NCBI RefSeq assembly: GCF_009834535.1
Contig: NC_045697.1
Span: 31,064,001 to 31,128,000, forward strand
Source of the DNA: Camelus ferus
Taxonomy: Eukaryota
Length of the DNA stretch: 64,000 nucleotides
Reading direction: 5' to 3'
Shown here: piece by piece, positions 13,483-26,490 of the stretch
Layout of the letters: every line of letters starts with the position of its first letter
Position numbering within the stretch: position 1 is the first letter of the stretch
The notes under the pieces: generated by a model
Databases searched by the model: none
Told to the model about the DNA's origin: nothing
What the model saw: the letters and a program-made list of their open reading frames with translations, nothing else
Program-made: the position numbers and the translations under genes

Positions 13483-13974
13483 TGTGGGGCTACACCCTGC
13501 AGGACCATGAGCCCTGTACTCGCCCAGCCCCAAGACAGAAAGAGCCCTCTCAGCAACAGAGACATCAGTGGTTTAATGATAGGAGAATCTTACGTGTCTG
13601 AAGCCAAGTCCCCAGGTGACACCCCACTGTGTGTGGTGGACGATGGACAGGACATGGCAGCAGTCTTCACTCCTGGGGAAGAGAAAGGTTACCAGTTACA
13701 GGGGCAGTAGACATCAAGTTGGCTGGTTCCCAGGGAAACCAGCTGAGGAACACACTCCTCACTACTCCTTTGATAAACTATCATAGTGGAGGTAGTTCTG
13801 ATCTAAAGATTAGAACAATCACTAGCTGGGGCCGGGGACAAGTAGGTAGGCATTCACTGATTAGGCTCTATGATTCAGTGGGAAGGTCAGTCAGGTGAGT
13901 AGGGTAGGGGTGAGGCAGGGACTGGTCGAGCAGGGGATGTGCAGAGAGCAAGAGGAGGGTGGCCTGACCATACA
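13483..13974 (-). mobile_element. Intact ERV solo LTR (492 bp)
   Basis: TG...CA termini; flanks AGTCA (13478-13482) and GGTCA (13975-13979); minus-strand ATTAAA polyA signal at 13572-13577. Confidence 0.7.
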
Positions 13975-16900
13975 GGTCAGGAAGCCTTGTAAGTATGTTA
14001 CCATATTGATGCATAGTTTCTCATCCAGCTGCTCAATCAGCCTATCAGCTAAAATTTACTGAGTATCTGCCCTAAGAAAGAAAGTCTTCTAGAAGTTAGA
14101 GACACAGCCAGGTTGTGACACCCAGACAGGATTCGAGTTCATTCCTTTAACTCTCCTTTTTGAATGTCAACACCAAAGAGGTGGTGACCAATGTCCTTCT
14201 TGACTTAGTTTCACCGCCAGGAGCTTCAGATGTGGTTATGGCGTCTCAGAATTCGTAAAGACAAATTTAAACATGGACCAAAGCCCCTCTGTGGATGGTG
14301 GATCATCACCACCAGGTGAGCATCCTGTGATGAAGGGCTGTGTCCCATTGTTAAGGCTCCACTAAGGCAGCTCTGGAATCAATACATGAATTTTTTTTTT
14401 TTTTTAATTTGGCAGTGCGGGGCACTGTGCTATGTGCAGGGCCTTAAAGAAATGTGAAGCATCTCTGTCTTCATAGTTGTTTGCAGTTTACTTGCTGCAA
14501 TTCCTTTTGCCCTGGAATTACAGCCGAGACCAAGGCTAACCATAAAAGGAGTTAAGTGCTCCTGACTTTTAGAGAGCTGGCAGCAACCTTCCAGAAAGTT
14601 TGCTCAGAGAACCTTACTCCTCTGTTGACCATTCTCCTACCCCTTGAAGTGAGGAGAGAAAAAGAGGGCTAGTGTTTCCTCTTTACTAATCTAAGGAAGG
14701 CTGAGGGGGCCAGTGATGAGACAGTTACCCATGATTTTAGGGAGCCTCAAAGAAGGAGAGACTATCACTTTACTCAGCACTGGATGTATGCTTCATGAGA
14801 GCTTCTAACCTGCCAAAGTACATAGGAAAATGTAGGAAAGAGAATTAGGGAGAAATGGCATGGTGAGGAATGACTCGTCAGAGAGGAGGCCAGGACGCAT
14901 CCCATGTCTAGCTCTCAGTTTGAACAGGTATGGAAGAGGGACTCTCCCCTACATGCCTGGCTGTTGAGGTCAGTGATGCTGGAGGCTGCAGTCTTTCTGG
15001 AACCAGCGCTTTGTGGGGGAACAAGAGGCAGGTGAATCAGAGGGATGCTGCCCAAATCCTTGAGCTGGGGATCAGCTGGGAGAATGGCCACATCTTCCAA
15101 GGACTTCCAAGGGGTGCAGCCCGGGCCTGCTAGAGTCAGCACTGCGCCCGTCCCTTCACAGTCACGAAGCTGGAACGACTGCCACGTTCTATCACAGGGG
15201 AGACTGTGCTGGCTCAGTGAAGCTGGCTCAGTGAAGCCAGATGTTTGCCCTTTTCCCGCTTCCTTCTCCTCACCTCCAAGAATGAGGAGTCAGTGCTCTG
15301 AAGAGGGAAAAAAAGACGTTCCTCACCTCCTTCTCCCAAGTGACCCAGAAGCAAGGAGGGATGTAGCCGGCCAGGGAGGAGAGAGAAGGGCTCTCCGTCA
15401 GGTTGGAGATGGAAGCTTTAAAATTAATGATGTTATTTTAAATACCCAAATGGTGCAGTTCTAAGTCAGAAAGGAGCAGATAAGCTCTGGAATCCTTAAG
15501 GAGGCCTCTTCTTAGTGGGATCTGATAAAGCACAGGTAGGGACAGTTGACTGAAAAACTAAAACAGTTCCATGCTGAATTGAGGCTCAGAAATGCACCTG
15601 TTACATGTGTGATGTGACGTCACAGATGCACAAAATGACCCACAGAGTTTAGCACATCTAGTGATAGAGAAAGCAGCAAGGAAAAAGGGTGGAAGAGATA
15701 CACTGAACAATTTCGTGATAGACAAATGGTAATACAGCTTAACACCTTGCCTCTGCACCATGCGCACCACACATCCACACACACCCACAGTCTCTTTTTT
15801 ATGTCTGAACCCATGGGTTAGCACTTCTTTTCATAAAATTCATATAATTTCTTGAGAATGCTAATCTCCTGTAGCAAGAAATTTGAGGTTGCCCAAAAAG
15901 GAACACATTTTTTCTCCATCTTAGCCAACAGAGTCTACACATTTTCCTAGTCGCTGGCTCTATCACTCAATAGAGTTTTTTTTTTTTTTTCCTTGACTCC
16001 TATTTTGGTTTTTACAAAATATTTTCACTTATCTGTTTATATTAGGCCTGCTGTGTGATTAAATTTTGAAAAAATAAGACTCACATATATAACAGGTAAA
16101 ATTAGTGCCTCGACAGATTCACGTAATAGCTGATTGTTGATGACAGGCCCCATGAATGAGCTCAGAGAAAGCTCAGGGTCCTGGACAAAGATTATTCTTA
16201 TGGATAAGGACACTTTTCTGTGAGACGTAGTACATTTTGTTAAGGATGTTTCCTCTCCAGGATCTGAGTCTGGGATTAGGATTCTGGTTTGAGATGGCAG
16301 TGAGGACTCCAGACTGGTGAGGAGAGAAAGATTCTTAAACAAGTTCTTTGAAGATGCAGGTTATTTTGGAATGCCTGAAACCCTGACTGCACAGGAACAT
16401 GTCAAGGCATGAAGTATTTATTATGCTCCATATCTTACACATTGCCATCAAAATGATAGGTCACCATCAAATGAAAGATGTATTTTCTGCCCTCAAAGAG
16501 TTATAAAGAGAAAAAGACACACACATGCATTCAGAAACACACAAACAATGGCAAAGTTAGCGTTTTCTCCACTGAGGTAGGTAGTCTTTTAGTACTAAGA
16601 GATGGTCAGGAGAAACAAAACCAAACAAACGCTGGATGGCCCATGGGACACACTTGGAGAAGTACTGAGTGAAGCAACTGGACATTGTGCAGTAAATGGC
16701 AACGTCTGCATCATGGGTAGTGGCACGTAGAGGAAGAAAGAAGAAAGGAATGGTTAGGGCCGGGGAGATCAGGGAGGGCTTTGTGCAATGGTGTGCTTTA
16801 AGCCAGCCTTTGAAAGATGAGGAGAATTCGAAGAGGAGGGAAGTCTGGAGGCATTTCAGACAGTCATAGACACAGTCTTAAGCAAGTCTCAGAAACGAAA

Positions 16901-17343
16901 CTAATCTCCAGATGAAGAGGGAAACCTTCGTGAGAGCAGAGGTGAAGGAGTCTGAGATGTGGGCTGGACGTGCAGTGAAGGGTAAGTAGACTGAATAGTA
17001 GAGGGGCGTGAATGCCAGGCAGAAGCTTCTGGCATGATTAAAAAAGCCATTTTATGTGGCATTTCCAAATGTGACCTCTCACAGAATTTTCTTCCATGCT
17101 ATTTTGCCTGTGACTTATGTCAGTCTATTCAGAACCTCAAATCTCTCCGAGGGCAGCTGCTTTGCTCTGTTGTATAAAATAAGATTTTTGTGCTTGGTAC
17201 ATTAGGTGAGCCGGGTACCAAGCACAAAATCTCAGAATCAGCCACTCTTAAAACCCTTATCTGAAGAAAGGAAAGGTCTACTTTATCATCTTGCTGATGG
17301 CAAAGAATTTATATTTTGTTACCCTGATCTAAACAGTGATTTT

Positions 17344-17492
17344 ATTTTATTTCATTTTATTTTAATTAATTAATTAATTAATTAATTAATCTTTTTCATT
17401 GAAGTACAGTCAATTACGATGTGTCAATTTCTGGTGTAAGGCACAATGTCCCAGTCTTGCATATACATACATATGTTTGTTTTCATATTTTT
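17344..17492 (-). mobile_element. Short 5'-truncated lineage-specific L1 3' end
   Basis: tttttcattgaagtacagtcaattac...atttctggtgta; (TTTTA)/(TTAA)n tail; TSD aaacagtgatttt (17331-17343) / aaactgatttt (17493-17503). Confidence 0.8.
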
Positions 17493-18319
17493 AAACTGAT
17501 TTTAAACTCGGATGGTACGTAGATGCATCATAGTTGTCAGAGGACACACTAATAGAATTTACTTTTGCTCACTTTTATAAATGGCCATATTCATCAAAAT
17601 ATATTTTCTAATAAAATGATATATTGTCACAGAAAGAAAGGGCATTTAAAATTAGTTAAATTAAGTTTCTTCTTCTGGAATGAATGATCTGAATGCACTG
17701 TATTGGAAGTCTGGTGTTCCTTCTGATGTTAACACGTGCTTTGTGAAAAATTATACAGTGGTCATACAAAGTGGGATGATATGGTTCTTGACTCTAAGAC
17801 TTCCCAGTCCTCTATGCTAAAGCATATTGTGGTTCTTCAAGAAGAGGATGCAACAGTTCATTAAGGAACTCCCATGCTACGTTTTTTTTTCACCCTGGGA
17901 GGAAAAACTTGTGATTTTATGAAATTCAATTTGGAAAATGTTCTACCAGGTATTTGCCTGATCTTCTCTGGGAGTTTGTCGTCCTGACTTATGTTAATTT
18001 GGTTGAGGGGCAGGAACAGGGTGAGGCGTATCCTTCTTTGGAGTGACTGTGCTTCTTTGTCAAATGATATAAATATTAGATTTATATTGGCACTTTATTT
18101 TCTAGTATCATTTCAATAAAAATTACAGTAGACCGGAATTGGCTGATATTTGAAACCACATACCAAGCTGAAAATTGGTCTTTAATGAGGGAACAACATC
18201 CAATTCTCTAATTTTAATTAATAATTATCTGAATTACAGAAACTAGTAATATTTTCACATTAATTTGTGAGTTTTTCACTACTAGTATTAGATTTTTTTC
18301 ATGTCTGTCAGCTTTCAGG

Positions 18320-19720
18320 TTTTAAATTTTAGAACAGTTTTTGATTTATAAAAAAAATTGTGAGGATAATACAGAGTTCCCATATATCCCACACCCAGTT
18401 TCCCCTATTATTAACATATTAAAATTAGTATGTCACAATTAATGAACCAATGTTGATACCTTATTATTTATTTTTTTTACTGTGGTATAGTTGATTTACA
18501 ATATTAATTTCAGATGTACAGCATAGTGATTAAGTATTTTTATAGATTTTACTTTATGAAAAGTTATTACAAGATAATGACTACAATTCCCTCTGCTGTA
18601 CAATATATCCTTGTTGCTTATCTATTTTATACATAGTAGTTTGTATGTATCTCTTAATCTCATACCCCTAATTTGAGCCTTTCCACTTCCCTCTCTTTTT
18701 CAGTAAGCACTAGTTTGTTTTCTATATCTGTGAGTCTGTTTCTGTCTTGCATTTATATTCATTTGTATTGTTTTTTAGATTCTGCATGTAAGTGATATCA
18801 TGCAATATTTGTCTTTGTCTGACATTTCACTAAGCATAATGTTCTCTAGGCTCATTCATGTTGCTGCAGAAGGCAGGATTTCATTCTTTTTTATGGCTGA
18901 GTAATATTCCATTGCATATGTATACCATATTTGGTATATATACACATACACACATATACAAACATATATATACCACATCTTCTTTATCCATTTATCTGTT
19001 GATGGGCACTTGGGTTGCTTCCATATCTTAGCTATTATAAATAGTGCTACTGTGAGCATTGGGTTGTATGCATGTTTCTGAATTAGTGTTTTTGTTTTTT
19101 CTGGATCTATACCCAGGAATGGAATTGCTGAATCATATGGTAGTTCTACTTTTGTCCCTCTTGAGGAACCTCCATACTGGCCGCACCAATTTACATTCCC
19201 ACTAATAGTGTACAGGGTTCCCTTTTCTCCACATCTTCTCCACACATTTGTTATTTGTAGACTTTTTGATGATTTAAATCCATTGTTTATTCAGATTTTC
19301 TCAGCGTTTACTTAATGTCCTTTTCCTGTTCTAGGAGCACATGTTAAGCTAGCACATTACACTTAGTTTCACAGATTTTCCTTGGTTTTGATGACCTTGA
19401 TAGTTTTGGGGAGTATTGCTCAGGTATTTTGAAGAATATCCCTGCACTGGAATTTGTTTGGTGTTTTTCTCAGGATTAGACTGGAGTTACGTGTTTTGGG
19501 GAGGAAGATCACAGAGGTAAAATTCATTTTCAGCACATCATATTCAGGGTACATGCTATCAACCTGACTTATCACTGGTGAAACTAAACTTGATCACCTG
19601 GCTGAGGTTGTGCCTGTGAGGTTTCCCCACTGAATGGTTACTTTTCCCCCCAACTTTCCATCCTGTACTCTGGGAGGAGGTCACTATGCACAATCCATGC
19701 TCAAGGAGTGATGAATTAGC
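18320..19720 (-). mobile_element. L1MC-type 3' end interrupted by a younger L1
   Basis: ttttagaacagtttttg...acagagttcccatata...aatgaaccaatgttgatac, resuming at about 19275 (ccattgtttattcagatttt). Confidence 0.75.
18470..19273 (-). mobile_element. Younger L1 3' end (about 800 bp) nested in L1MC
   Basis: tttttttactgtggtatagttgatttacaat; ORF 18856-19245 is an ORF2p C-terminus (LPYDSAIP..., WKQPKCPSTDKWIKKMWYIY). Confidence 0.9.
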
Positions 19721-19729
19721 TTTGAGTGC

Positions 19730-20142
19730 ATTTCACAGGGGTTACTCTTCCCTTCCTCCTGCCAGAGACTGGGGCATATTCTTGGTTCTTCACTGTGAGA
19801 ATCTGTTGGAGTTCCTGCAAATAAAACTCATAAAAGTTGGGGTGGGGGGTAATGCTAAAAGAACAGCAGCTCCTTGGACCTTCACACTGCTAAGCTAGTC
19901 TACACACCATCTCCAGCAGTTTATCAAAATGACTATTTTAGTGTCCCAGGACTTTGGCTCCAGGTAAGCTGAGTTCAACTATCTCTCTGAATGCATCTGT
20001 TTCTCCAGATTTTAGGCAACCTTCATTCTGTTTTGGACCCAAGAAAAGTCATTTAGTTTTGATTTTAGTTTTGTCCAACTTTTTCTTATTGTAAGTAGCA
20101 ACTTCCAAACTCTTTACATGCTGGAGCTGAAACCAGAAGTCC
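19730..20142 (-). mobile_element. Old L1M 5' terminus / 5'UTR
   Basis: Reverse strand begins ggacttctggtttcagctccagcatgtaaagagtttggaag, like recalled L1M3/L1M4-class 5' ends. Confidence 0.65.
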
Positions 20143-20327
20143 AAACTATTAAATTTTCAGGCTTATTATCAATGTCATTTGGTATTTTGGATTAAAATAA
20201 GTTGTTAATTTCTATGGCCATATTGCAACTGTAACAGTCTAATAATTAGGTCAAGGTAGAGTACTCGTTGACTTCTAGAAACCTTTTCTAATTTTATTAT
20301 TCTGATTTTATGGCTATATTAACTTTC

Positions 20328-20482
20328 TCCTTTTTAAGAAATTGCTTCTATTTTATTTTATTTGGTGGGGGCTGGTAATTAGGTTTATTTATTTATTTGT
20401 TCTTGGAGGAGGTACTGGATATTGAACCTAGGACCTTGTGCATGCTAAGCATGCAATCTACCACTTGAGCTATACCCTCCCC
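20328..20482 (-). mobile_element. tRNA-Ala(AGC)-derived SINE, Vic-1-like (camelid)
   Basis: Reverse: GGGGAGGGTATAGCTCAAGTGGTAGATTGCATGCTTAGCATGCACAAGGTCCTAGGTTCAATATCCAGTACCTCC plus A-rich tail; A and B boxes; 14-bp TSD ctatattaactttc (20314-20327) / ctatataaactttc (20483-20496). Confidence 0.88.
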
Positions 20483-20859
20483 CTATATAAACTTTCAAAT
20501 GACATTGATAAAACAGTTTTTAATTTTAAAAACTAACAACATTTTAGAGAATTGACTTTTTATTAAAAATTTTACTCTTCTTACTCTGTAGCTTTTAATA
20601 ACAATTAGTCCTTTAAACATGCAATGCTATTTCAGCAATATAGAGACATTAAAAATAGCTTTTATTATCTGTTACTTTTAATGGAGTAGAACATTAAACA
20701 ATGTTGCATATAAAGTATTTCCTAACTTTCAAATATTTTTATCCTTCATTGAGTCTCTTGATTAAGGCTTACCACTTAAGTACTTATTGTGAAATTGATT
20801 AAGCTTGGTTTGCTCTACTGTTTGGTGCTATTATATTTCTTATACATACAGAAATTTCA

Positions 20860-21070
20860 GTGGATTAGCTTGGACAAGTTATTTAAATTCCATATATCTC
20901 AATTTTCCTCTCTGGAAAAGAGATCCCTCTTTTAGGTGTAATAGATATAATAGTATACCTACCTCATTAAAGAGTTATGAGGATTAAAGTAAGTTACCAT
21001 AACTGAAGTCTTTAGCTAAGAGACTGGCATATAGTAGGCACCAGATACATGTTAACAATTATTATTACCT
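20860..21070 (+). mobile_element. MIR SINE
   Basis: cttggacaagttatttaa...acctacctcattaaagagttatgaggattaaa...ctggcatatagtaggcac. Confidence 0.75.
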
Positions 21071-21159
21071 TGGTTATCTGGTGCTTTCAATTACCATTAC
21101 TTGCTGTTTTAGAATCACATATGGTTAAAGCTGGAAGGTACTTGAAAAACTATCTAGTT

Positions 21160-21377
21160 CAGGGATCATAGGTAGTCTGTGGACTGGATTTGACTTTCAG
21201 AGGTTTAATTAACATAGTCTTTTGAAATTCTTTTTAATGTAAGTACTTTTTGAGAGAGCACAAGGGTCCAGCTTTTCATAGTCCCACTGTTCCCTGTGGT
21301 CTTAACATTGTCTCTTTGCTTCCCACATTTGCTTTACCCACATAGCTTTTGAAAAACTTTCGAAAGCATGACCCTTG
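21160..21377. mobile_element. hAT-Charlie-type MITE inserted in a MIR
   Basis: Imperfect TIRs cagggatcat / atgacccttg; 8-bp TSD-like atctagtt / atcaagtc; MIR-like sequence on both sides. Confidence 0.45.
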
Positions 21378-22434
21378 ATCAAGTCCATTCGTCTCATTTA
21401 ATAGGGAAGCAAGTGAATTCTAGAGGGATATACAAAGGCTCCCAAATTGTGACCAAACCGGAAATAAGATCCAGGACTTGTGATTCCTACGCCAGCGTCG
21501 TGCCCGTTGCGCCATGCTATGTGCTGTAGTTTGAATTGCTTAGATCACGTCTCTCTTTAATGACAGTAGACTCAAGGGTGTGAGTTTGACCTATCATTTC
21601 ATAATACATGTTCGTGGGGAGAATATATAAATTCTTGAGGACACAGTTATCCTTACAATTGAAAAACAAAACAAAAAACAAAACAAAACAAAACAGACTT
21701 CAGGCCTGTGGTGATGTCCCTCGCCCCTTTCTAAAATGATACAAATGGGTCACATTAGGAAGCCATCAGGAGTCTCCTTTCCTTGGTAACTTGGCAGAGC
21801 TCCTGAACTAAAACAGGAGGTTGAGCACATCATTTCAAAATCTGCTCACGAGGTTTTCAGTTCACAGCCTGTTCTTGTGCTGGCTTTCAAAGACAGAGTA
21901 GAGCTAAAATTGTTTGTGTGGGATTACAGCATTATAATAGGAAACTCTTCTGGTTGTGGGCATGGTAACAACAATGAAATCATTTCTACAGAATAGAAGG
22001 GGAAGAAAAATAGATTAATTTTGAACACTCTAAACCTGGTAAACTGAAGGTGAATTGAAGCATATACAAATAGAAAAGTTGGGGAGGCTGAGGTTTATTT
22101 AAAATGAGATGAGTGCTTTGACAATGAATTGGGTTTTTGTATAAGATTTCACTCTGTCTCCTGTCACATTTCCTTCACAAAAGCAAGAAAGGAACTAAGA
22201 CAGTCTAGGTACCTGAACCTGGCTCACTGTCAGCTCAGTGGGAGGTTTTAATTAAGAACCCTTCTTTCTGTAAGAATGAGGAAATGAGAATAAGGTGACA
22301 AGTCTTATCAGTTGACAGTCTTAAGAATTGGGCAAATTTCCTATAAAATGTTTGTTTACTCCCGGTGGGGGCAAACAGATTATGCTGTTTAAAAATTCTG
22401 TCTGATGGCAAGAGCACTGAGGGACTTCAGGTTT

Positions 22435-22590
22435 CAGTGATTTGCAGTCTGTAGTCTGCATTAAACATTGTCTGGGGTCCTTAATGAAGTGGCAGGGCTC
22501 CTGCACTAGAATCTGGGGGTGGAAGGGCTGGGACCGCATCCCAGGAGATTTGATGCAGACGATCCATGGACCACACTTTGAGAAATGATG
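22435..22590. mobile_element. MER5-type MITE
   Basis: agaatctgggggtgg...cccaggagatttgatgc...ggaccacactttgagaaa. Confidence 0.65.
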
Positions 22591-25339
22591 GTAATGCATC
22601 TTGTCTCCTATAAGTTTTTTGAAGTATTTCATCTTCCTCCTGCCTTCCTTTCCTCCCTCCCTTCTGTTCTCCCTTTTTCCCTCCTTCCCTCCTTCTCTCT
22701 CTCTCTCTCTCATTCTTACTCCTTCCCTATGCTCAGCTCTATTTTAGTAGCAGACAGTAGTGGAAGACCTGAAGATCTAAGCCTCGCCTTCAAGGTACTC
22801 ACAATCTACATGGTAGATAAGATGCCACTAATAAACTGACACAAGAAAGCATATATTGAAGGGTAAGGGGGGAATAGGAAGATTCTTGAGAGCAAGAGGA
22901 AGCCACACAGCCTCCTGTGGAAGGACTGAGATGTGATCAATTAGTGGAAAGCATTGCATTATTGTTTTGGGAGGTAGAGATACTGGGGTTCAATTCTGTT
23001 TTTGCACATCATAACTATGTCATCTAGGGCAAATCGTTTTATAGCTCTGAGTCTCAGCTTCCACGTCTTTCTAAAACGTAAGAACATTTGTATTGCTAAG
23101 TTGCAATGTGTGTGTGAATATATACATATATTTATACTGTATAATGTATAACTATATACTAAATATATATATATATATTTAATCAGTAAGTTACTAGGAG
23201 AGGGGGCATTTTGAAGAAGATTATTCTGACATTGGTTGAGAGGAGATGTTGTGGGGAGAAAATAGAATTAGGTCATTTAGGCAAAAGATGAGGAGAGTTC
23301 AGTGCTGCTCAGGGGCAGTAAGAAGAGAGCAGTATGGATGTGAGAGAAAATGTATGAAGATACTGCCCCCATGGGAACTGGTTTATGTTTGGGTCTGACC
23401 AACAGAGAGGAATGGATGGAGACTCCAGGGCCCAGTAGAAAATGAACAGACAAAAGCCAGGGAGGGAAGATCAGAGAGAACACAGATTTGGGGAAAAGTC
23501 TGATTTTAGACTTGGCGAGTTTCAGGTTACATCAGGATTTAAGAAAGGAAATGTTCATTAGTCTAGCTCAAATGAGAAGGAAGGAGGGGAAAAAAGTATT
23601 GATGTGGGAGCCAGGAGCAGGAAGGTTGTCGTGAAGGCAATCAAATAGGATAGTCCTTCAAGGGAAGGAATTTATAGAAAAGTATTAAAAGTTCAAAGAC
23701 TTAGCCTTGGGAAACACCAGTAATTAATAACAGTTACTCGTGCAGAGTCATACAAAGTATAGCAATGCCAGCTACTTAATTTGATTCTCATAAGAGCCAA
23801 CTGCCATGGAGGTAGGAGGGTTTTACCTATTTTATGAATGTGGGACTCTATTTGGTATATTGTAAGTCATTTTACTGCAGACTCCTAGAGATGGGATTCA
23901 CAACGTGGGTTCCACACCTCCAAATTCAGAATTCTTGAAGCCATGAAGTCAGGAGGAGGAGACCAGCCAGGCATTCCTGAGGTCTTCTGTCACTCATTCT
24001 GTTCAAGCCCAGGTGATACGGGAGTGGAGAAATGGGCAGTGTCCCAAGCATCTGGAAACTGCTAAAAAGGCTGATTTCCTCTAAAAAAGGATTGTTCCTG
24101 GAAAAGTTTTTAGTTTGGGAGAGCAAGGATGTAATCACTAAAGTTTATGGAATCTGCTGAAATCCTAGTTGTTGCAACAGTGTCTTTGATCATGACAGAA
24201 ACATGACCAACACAAACAAACAAACAAAATGCAGAAAGAGGAACTTATTGGTTAACTGATGTAATAAACCATGGCCATAGCAGGGATGGAGATGGAAAGA
24301 AACGTAGAAATACTGCCAAGAACCTTTCTCTCATTTCTGCTTCTTTCCTCCTTTCTTTCTTCTTCACGTTGGGGGACGGTGGGAACCACGTCTGGCATCT
24401 TCAGTACTTAGATTCTCGTAGCTTGTGAACCAGAGAGAAAGGTGCTCTCTCTCTCCCAGGGCTGGCTGACGATGTGACTGTGGTATGCAGGTTTGGGATT
24501 GTAAATCCCCCTCTTCAGAGAGTGGTTGTGTAATTAGAGTAGCATTTCAGTAGGTGCTACCAGGGCGACGGTGCATGATCACGAATACCAACAGGCTGGG
24601 CTTTCCTCGGGCACAGCTAACATCCGCACAGGCTTTTAACCCCATCTTACTGGAGAATGATGAGAATAATGATGCTCTCCATTCCGCTTTAAAGATGGTT
24701 AGCCAGTTTTTAATCCTACCTCCTGCTTCACAAATATACATTTTTGAGTACCACTTCTCAGAATCATTAACTTGAATGAAACTATGTTATTTCATTTTAA
24801 TTGTAAATGCCAATCTTTTTGACTTTTTCTTCTCCGTATGTTATTAAAAACAATAAAATGAGGACAAGTGCAAGAGTCCTTTGGTGATTTGTTTGAGTGC
24901 ATCCTGTTGGCTGCTGTGAAATTCTCAGCTTGCAGCTTTTGGCCTGGCAAGCTCGTTTCAGCTTAATCAGAGACAACCATGATTAAATCATTCTATCCAG
25001 ACTTAAATACACCTACTGAATGGCCAAGCAACAGCGACAACCTGCATTTTTGCCTTGGGAATTTTGCTAAGAGAAAATTAGTCATTATGATTATGTTAAA
25101 AATTTGTTAATGAGATAGAAAAGATATATACTGTAAATGTTTCCTTAGGTTACAATCAGTTTGATGACATCCTAGTGAGGTTTGGTTGGTTTGCTTATTT
25201 TAGATGAAAAACATCACTTTGAGGATTTTTATTTTTCCTTGATCTTCCCCTGTATTATTGCCTATTGTGTTATTATATTGTAGTGGGAAGTGCATAAATT
25301 TTAGGATCTGACAGCCTTAGGTTCAAATTTCTGTTTGTT

Positions 25340-26490
25340 CTTCATTCAGCAAACATGCGCTTAATGCCTCTGATCACGCTCCAGACCTTACATTAAGTGT
25401 AAAGCATGCAAAAGTAAATAACAAAAATACTTTGATCTCAGCAGGTTCATAGACTCAGGGTGAAGCAGGAGGGGACAGTGCAGAGCATGTGCGGGGGATG
25501 CAGAAGATGGGCAGCACCCATCCCGTTGGAGGGAGGCATGGCAGAGGCTCCCTAGGGAGGTGCTGCTTGACCTGACTTGTGTCAGTTGAGAAGGAAGAGG
25601 GAATAATGGAAGAAAGTGTGTTCTGGGCACAAAGACTACATAAGAGAATGCTGGAGATACTGCTAAAGGACAGAGCGTGTTTTGGTGTCTTGGAGAATTT
25701 GGCAAATATCTGGACTTACAAATATGTGTCAAATCATCAGTCCATGGCAAGGTGTGCAATGGGAGAGAAGGCTGGGGGAAGGTAAGAGCCATATCACACA
25801 GGGCTTTATAAGTAAGTATGTTCACCTTCATCCTGAAAGCTGAAAGGGAAGCAATTGTTTATTTTATGCCAAGAAATGACATGATCAGCTTCTTACATGC
25901 ACTCTGGAGAATGCATAGAAAGGACCTACTTTAGAGGCATGGAGACCAATTAAGAGGCTGTTGCAATCCGGGCGAGAAATAGTGTCGACTTAAGTTAAAA
26001 CTGTAGTAGTGGGGACAGAGAGAAGGAGACAGGCTTGAAACATACAAAGGAAGGATTGATACTTGATTTATAGAACATGATGGTGGTGAAGGAAAGCTCT
26101 GAAAGATTCAGGACCATTCCCAGATTTCAAGTAACTGGCTGAATAGGTTTAGTGGCAATGATGAGGTTAGCTTCTGGCATCCTGAACGCAAGGTATAGAG
26201 GGTATGTCCCTCTGTGGGTAGAGATGTTACATAGATAGCTGGACATCCAACCTGGAATGCTGGAGTGCAGTCTGAGATGAGGATATACCCTTGGGAGTTC
26301 ATTAGCCTTCAGTTAGCTGTTGAAAGTTTGGATGAAGTCATTCAGAGAGAAGGATGTGGACCAAGCTGAGCGTCCCTAGGAACCAGAATTTTCAGGGGAA
26401 GAGTGACCCAAGATGAACACGGGGAAGGACTAGCCAAACATTTAAGAGGAAATCTAGGAAAGGAGGATGTTATATATGCCAATGGGAAAA
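25340..26490 (-). mobile_element. L2 LINE fragment (about 1.1 kb) inserted within a MIR
   Basis: ttcattcagcaaacat start; ggagaccaattaagaggctgttgcaat; tggaatgctggagtgcagtctg; MIR head at about 25275-25335 and MIR core at about 26510-26670. Confidence 0.75.

Noticed and set aside
13963..13981. 7-bp hairpin cctgacc/ggtcagg resembling a terminator
   Set aside because: Chance juxtaposition of the LTR end and its flank; intrinsic terminators are not relevant in this context
15208..15237. 14-bp tandem duplication gctggctcagtgaa x2
   Set aside because: Ordinary slippage duplication with no functional indication
18856..19245. 129-aa ORF as a host gene
   Set aside because: Degraded L1 ORF2p C-terminus
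20390..20482. Possible tRNA-Ala(AGC) gene
   Set aside because: Has a SINE-type 3' extension, A-rich tail and TSD, with imperfect stems; it is a retroposed SINE
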